This document shows positions 15,602-20,210 of a DNA stretch of 20,210 bases, piece after piece. Source of the stretch: Acaryochloris sp. IP29b_bin.137. Lineage in GTDB: Bacteria; Cyanobacteriota; Cyanobacteriia; Thermosynechococcales; Thermosynechococcaceae. Within the stretch, counting starts at the first letter, position 1; every line of letters starts with the position of its first letter. The stretch is from assembly GCF_028285745.1 (NCBI RefSeq), contig NZ_JANQOP010000042.1, positions 1 to 20,210 on the forward strand, given 5' to 3'. Position numbers and translations under genes: made by a program. The notes under the pieces were generated by a model. That model was given only the letters and a program-made list of their open reading frames with translations, did not search any database and was not told the DNA's origin.

Positions 15602-18577
15602 ATGACCCAATCCCCCATCAAAACTTCTGTTTCTCCTGAAACCTCATTTTTCTCTGGGGAAGGTGGTAGTGGAACGCTGAGTCCCCTGCTATCTCAGCAT
15701 CTACCAACAAAACTGAAACCATCAGATACGTTTACCCATCGCCACATTGGTCCCAGCGAAGCAGAAATTGCTCAAATGCTAGAGACGATGAAGGTGGACG
15801 ATCTGGCGTCATTGATTGATGCGGCTGTTCCTGCTCAGATCCGTCTCAAGCAGCCTTTGAATTTGGGACAAGAGCGGGGGGAACATCAGCTGATTCAGGA
15901 CTTACGAGCGATTGCTGCTAAAAACAAAATCTTTCGGTCCTACATTGGCACGGGATACTCCGCCTGTATTACGCCTCCGGTGATTCAGCGGAATATCCTT
16001 GAAAACCCAGGCTGGTATACCCAATACACCCCCTATCAAGCAGAGATTGCTCAGGGACGATTAGAGGCGCTGCTCAACTTCCAAACCATGGTGATGGATT
16101 TAACGGGGTTGGAAATTGCCAATGCTTCGCTGCTAGACGAAGGGACCGCTGCTGCCGAAGCGATGGCCATGAGCTATAACTTGCAAAAGAAGCAGACCGC
16201 TAAAACCTTCTTTGTCTCTGAGAAATGTCATCCCCAAACCGTTGATATTATTCATACTCGGGCCTTGCCCCTTGGCATAGATGTGATTGTGGGTGATCAC
16301 CAGCAGTATGACTTTGGCGAGGGTACGACCTTTGGGGCATTACTGCAATATCCCGCCACAGACGGAGCAATTGATGACTATCGATCTTTTGTTGAGGTGG
16401 CCCATCAGGCAGGAGCCATCGTAACTGTAGCGACGGATCTGCTCAGTCTGCTGTTACTGACTCCACCGGGGGAATGGGGCGCTGATATTGCGGTGGGTAA
16501 TAGCCAACGCTTTGGCGTACCCCTGGGATATGGTGGTCCTCATGCTGCGTTCTTCGCCACGCGAGCTGCCTATCAACGCAAGATCCCTGGTCGAATTGTG
16601 GGAATCTCCCATGATGTTCAGGATAAGCCAGCGCTACGACTGGCTTTGCAAACCCGTGAACAACATATCCGCCGAGATAAGGCCACGAGCAATATTTGTA
16701 CCGCTCAGGTTTTATTAGCTGTGATCGCGGGAATGTACGCCGTCTACCATGGTCCGCAAGGGCTGAAACAAATTGCCGCTCGCACGCATCTATTGACGGG
16801 TTTGTTAGCCACTGGGTTGAAGAAACTCGGCTTTGAGCTGACCGCGGAGCTGTTCTTTGATACCGTGACGGTGAAGTTAGGGGACTTATCGGCAGAGGAA
16901 CTGCGGGTGCGATCGCACGCGAAATCCATTAATCTGCGCTATATGGATGCCAAGACGGTGAGTATCGCCTTTGATGAAACTACCACCCCCACCGATCTGT
17001 GGGATGTTCTCAGTTTATTTACCTCAGAGCCACTTTGCTTTACTTTAGAAGACTTGCTTGCCGAAGCGACGATTGACTTACCCGAACAACATCAGCGCAA
17101 AAGCAAGTATTTAGCTGAACCAGTTTTTAACACCTACCATTCTGAAACCGAACTGCTTCGCTATATGCATCGGTTGCAGGCTAAAGATCTGTCCCTCACC
17201 ACCTCGATGATTCCGTTGGGCTCCTGCACAATGAAACTGAATGGCACTTCGGAAATGGTTCCCGTTACTTGGCCCGAGTTCGGTCAACTCCACCCCTTTG
17301 TGCCAGTGGATCAAGCTCAAGGATATAAGGAACTCTTTCAACAGCTAGAAACCATGCTGGCTGAAATAACGGGGTTCGCCGGAATTTCGCTTCAACCAAA
17401 TGCGGGGTCTCAAGGGGAATATACAGGCTTGTTAGTGATTCACCAATACCATGCCAGCCGAGGAGACACCCACCGCAATATCTGTTTAATTCCCGACTCT
17501 GCTCACGGTACCAATCCAGCCAGTGCAGTGATGGCGGGAATGAAAGTGGTGGTGGTGGCCTGTGATGCGCTGGGCAACATCGATATGGTTGATTTGCGCC
17601 AAAAAGCAGAGAAACATCGTGATCGTCTATCGGCATTGATGGTCACCTATCCCTCCACCCACGGTGTTTTTGAAGAAACCATTCAGGAGATTTGTGACCT
17701 GATCCATGAAAATGGGGGACAGGTCTATATGGATGGTGCCAACCTCAATGCTCAAGTAGGACTTTGCCGTCCGGGCGATATTGGTGCTGATGTCTGTCAT
17801 CTGAATTTGCATAAAACCTTCTGCATTCCCCATGGCGGCGGCGGTCCAGGCATGGGGCCGATTGGAGTCGCGGCGCATCTGGTTCCCTTTATTCCCAAAC
17901 ATCCGGTGGTATCCATGGGCGGGGAACAAGGCATTGGGGCCGTGGCGGCTGCTCCTTGGGGAAGTGCTAGCATTCTGCCGATTTCCTGGGTCTATATTGC
18001 CTTGATGGGGTCTAGGGGCTTAACTTACGCGACCGAGGTCGCCATTCTTAATGCCAACTATATTGCCAAGCGTCTAGACCCCTACTACCCAGTGTTGTAC
18101 AAAGGGAAATCCGGGTTAGTAGCCCATGAATGCATCTTGGATTTGCGCGGGGTGAAGAAAATGGCTGGCATCGAAGTTGAAGATATTGCCAAGCGACTGA
18201 TGGACTACGGGTATCACGCACCTACAGTGTCTTGGCCCGTACCCGGCACGATTATGATTGAGCCGACCGAGAGTGAATCCAAAGCTGAACTGGACCGATT
18301 CTGTGAAGCAATGATTGCCATCCGCGCGGAGATTGCCGAGATTGAAGCCGGACAAGCAGATGCCCAAAATAACGTCTTAAAGAATGCGCCTCATCCGGCT
18401 GATGTGGTGATTGCCGATAGCTGGGACCGACCCTACTCCCGCGAGAAAGCTGCCTATCCTGCCCCCTGGACGCGAGAGTCTAAGTTTTGGCCCGCTGTTA
18501 GTCGGATTAACAATGCCTATGGCGATCGCAACTTGGTCTGTTCCTGCGCCCCCCTGTCAGACTATGCTGAGCCTTAA
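15602..18577 (+). CDS. gcvP: Glycine dehydrogenase (decarboxylating), glycine cleavage system P protein
   Basis: A single-chain P protein of about 990 aa. Motifs: [51 protein letters not shown] (PLP lysine). The ORF track starts at TTG 15578. I prefer ATG 15602 (MTQSPIK...). Confidence 0.95.
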   Translation: MTQSPIKTSVSPETSFFSGEGGSGTLSPLLSQHLPTKLKPSDTFTHRHIGPSEAEIAQMLETMKVDDLASLIDAAVPAQIRLKQPLNLGQERGEHQLIQDLRAIAAKNKIFRSYIGTGYSACITPPVIQRNILENPGWYTQYTPYQAEIAQGRLEALLNFQTMVMDLTGLEIANASLLDEGTAAAEAMAMSYNLQKKQTAKTFFVSEKCHPQTVDIIHTRALPLGIDVIVGDHQQYDFGEGTTFGALLQYPATDGAIDDYRSFVEVAHQAGAIVTVATDLLSLLLLTPPGEWGADIAVGNSQRFGVPLGYGGPHAAFFATRAAYQRKIPGRIVGISHDVQDKPALRLALQTREQHIRRDKATSNICTAQVLLAVIAGMYAVYHGPQGLKQIAARTHLLTGLLATGLKKLGFELTAELFFDTVTVKLGDLSAEELRVRSHAKSINLRYMDAKTVSIAFDETTTPTDLWDVLSLFTSEPLCFTLEDLLAEATIDLPEQHQRKSKYLAEPVFNTYHSETELLRYMHRLQAKDLSLTTSMIPLGSCTMKLNGTSEMVPVTWPEFGQLHPFVPVDQAQGYKELFQQLETMLAEITGFAGISLQPNAGSQGEYTGLLVIHQYHASRGDTHRNICLIPDSAHGTNPASAVMAGMKVVVVACDALGNIDMVDLRQKAEKHRDRLSALMVTYPSTHGVFEETIQEICDLIHENGGQVYMDGANLNAQVGLCRPGDIGADVCHLNLHKTFCIPHGGGGPGMGPIGVAAHLVPFIPKHPVVSMGGEQGIGAVAAAPWGSASILPISWVYIALMGSRGLTYATEVAILNANYIAKRLDPYYPVLYKGKSGLVAHECILDLRGVKKMAGIEVEDIAKRLMDYGYHAPTVSWPVPGTIMIEPTESESKAELDRFCEAMIAIRAEIAEIEAGQADAQNNVLKNAPHPADVVIADSWDRPYSREKAAYPAPWTRESKFWPAVSRINNAYGDRNLVCSCAPLSDYAEP

Positions 18578-18595
18578 TCGCTAGCTTTTTTGAAA

Positions 18596-18638
18596 GGGCA
18601 GCCTGTCTAAATTCTCCCCAAAACGAGCAAGGCTGCCC
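18596..18638. terminator. Candidate hairpin between convergent gcvP and chlB
   Basis: A perfect 9-bp inverted repeat, GGGCAGCCT (18596..18604) / AGGCTGCCC (18630..18638), with a 25-nt loop. No U-tract follows on either strand, so it is not a canonical intrinsic terminator. Confidence 0.3.
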
Positions 18639-18683
18639 GAGATTGGACAACCTTGACATCTTTACTTTCAATCAGAGTTGAGG

Positions 18684-20210
18684 TTATGCCCCCACCGCTT
18701 CTTTCGCGGCATATAGCACTTCAGCTGTAATCTCGGTAATATTACGCTCACGAGCGAACTTCTCGGTATTCCGCTTCACTTTACCGCGCACAAAACCGGG
18801 GATTTTGTTGAGCTCGGCTTGCCCATCAGCACTCCAACCCAAATCAGAATCAGCTGAAATTCCCTTCGTGATCACTTCCTTGGTGTCATGGCCACCGAAG
18901 ATTTCTAGCAAATGGTCTTCCATTCCTAGGGTAAAGGAGTTGTACACCAAATCAGCCACCTGATTCGTTCCTTCGTAGCCGAGGAAAGGCTTATAGCCGA
19001 TGGGGAAATCTTGGATATGGATGGGAGCGGCAATCACCCCACAAGGGATATTGAGCCGCTTACCTACGTGACGCTCCATTTGGGTGCCGAAGATCGCAGA
19101 GGGTTCGACTCGGGCAATAGCATCACCGATGGCACCATGATCTTCATTGATCAGCACTTCGTCACAGTACTCGCTGACTTCTTTGCGGAACCATTCTTGA
19201 TCATATTTGCAGTAGGTACCCGCCCAAACCACATGAATGCCCATTTCCCGTGCCAAGATTTTGGTCATGGCTGCAGCATGGGTGTTATCGCCATAGACGA
19301 CTGCTTTTTTACCAGTGAGGTTTTGGCAGTCGATGGAGCGAGAGAACCAGGCTGCCTGGGAAACATGGAGGGTCTGGTTTTCGATGTACTCTTCGTAGTT
19401 AACGTCTGCTCCTTGCGCATTCAACACTTCTTGAATCTTGCGAATGCAACGAGCTGTTTCCACCACACCCATGGGTGTGATATCGACGAAGGGCATGCCA
19501 AACTCTTTCTCCAGATAGTGAGCGGACATATGGCCAATCTCACGATAGGGAATCAGGTTAAACCAGGCTTGAGGGAGACGCTTGAGGTTATGGACTGAAG
19601 CCCCTTCAGGAATGACTTCGTTGACTTCAATGCCTAGGTCAGCCATCAACCGCTTCAGTTCAGTGCAGTCATGCTGGTTATGGAACCCTAAGGTGGAAAT
19701 ACCAATGATATTTACAGAAGGCTTAGCCGTTTTTTCTTCCAGTAAATCGCCATTCTTACGGGCTTTTTGGATATAAAACTGGACAATTTGGTCAAGGGTA
19801 CGGTCTGCAGCCTGTAGCTCGTTGACGCGATAGTGATTCACATCAGCCAGTAGGACATCTCCTTGGGTGCTGAGGGAAGCTCGCTCTACAAAGTTCTCCA
19901 GGTCTTCTTGCAAAATACTGGAGGTGCAGGTGGGGGTGAGGACAATCAAATCAGGATTTTCCTCTTCATCCTTGCGGGTAATATTATCGACTACCTTCTC
20001 TTGCGAGCCACGGGCTAAAACATGACGATCGACCACGCTGGCCGTCACGGGAGTGAAGTTCCGCTCTCGCTCTAGCATGGAGCGCATGACGTTGAAGTAG
20101 TCATCCCCCAAGGGAGCATGCATAATGCCATGAACATTTTTAAAAGAACTGGCCACTCTCAACGTGCCAATATGCGCTGGACCAGCGTACATCCAGTAGG
20201 CTAATTTCAT
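18684..20210 (-). CDS. chlB: Light-independent (dark-operative) protochlorophyllide reductase subunit B
   Basis: 508 aa. [58 protein letters not shown]... is the highly conserved ChlB N-terminus. The ATG sits exactly at the window's last three bases, and the TAA stop is at 18686..18684. Confidence 0.97.
   Translation of the reverse strand: MKLAYWMYAGPAHIGTLRVASSFKNVHGIMHAPLGDDYFNVMRSMLERERNFTPVTASVVDRHVLARGSQEKVVDNITRKDEEENPDLIVLTPTCTSSILQEDLENFVERASLSTQGDVLLADVNHYRVNELQAADRTLDQIVQFYIQKARKNGDLLEEKTAKPSVNIIGISTLGFHNQHDCTELKRLMADLGIEVNEVIPEGASVHNLKRLPQAWFNLIPYREIGHMSAHYLEKEFGMPFVDITPMGVVETARCIRKIQEVLNAQGADVNYEEYIENQTLHVSQAAWFSRSIDCQNLTGKKAVVYGDNTHAAAMTKILAREMGIHVVWAGTYCKYDQEWFRKEVSEYCDEVLINEDHGAIGDAIARVEPSAIFGTQMERHVGKRLNIPCGVIAAPIHIQDFPIGYKPFLGYEGTNQVADLVYNSFTLGMEDHLLEIFGGHDTKEVITKGISADSDLGWSADGQAELNKIPGFVRGKVKRNTEKFARERNITEITAEVLYAAKEAVGA

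Noticed and set aside
19011-19598. 195-aa plus-strand ORF.
   Set aside because: It is antisense to the highly conserved chlB and has no recognisable protein features.

Overview
The window looks cyanobacterial. I found 12 perfect copies of the HIP1 palindrome GCGATCGC, and the gene content fits (chlB, gcvP, HU, an Uma2 endonuclease, a 2TM protein). The right 12 kb (8.9-20.2 kb) is ordinary chromosome: hup (HU), cobD-like threonine-phosphate decarboxylase, a degenerate flavoprotein disulfide-reductase homolog, a Xi-class GST (CPWAHR motif), a holin-IV/DUF360-like membrane protein, a small hypothetical, a 2TM protein, an Uma2 endonuclease, gcvP and a complete chlB. The left 8.4 kb is the unusual part. 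It is one tightly packed minus-strand operon reading 8428 -> 1. Its genes, in order, are a 151-aa unknown protein, a T4-gp19/TIGR02241-type tail-tube protein, a 2,402-aa S/P/Q/T/E-rich protein that looks almost wholly disordered, and the first 53 codons of a tube-initiator-like protein (FNPxE motif). The initiator-like gene runs off the left edge. I read this as the right-hand boundary of a contractile-injection-system (phage-tail-like) locus. The giant disordered protein sits where the tape-measure gene normally sits. It shares a C-terminal L..IY......L...RER...Y tail with the 151-aa protein. It is in frame with the tube gene across a single TAA. It also carries four regularly spaced basic/amphipathic islands and several recurring short motifs. 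No sheath gene lies between the promoter region and the tube gene. I found no tRNA, rRNA, CRISPR array, transposase or integrase.
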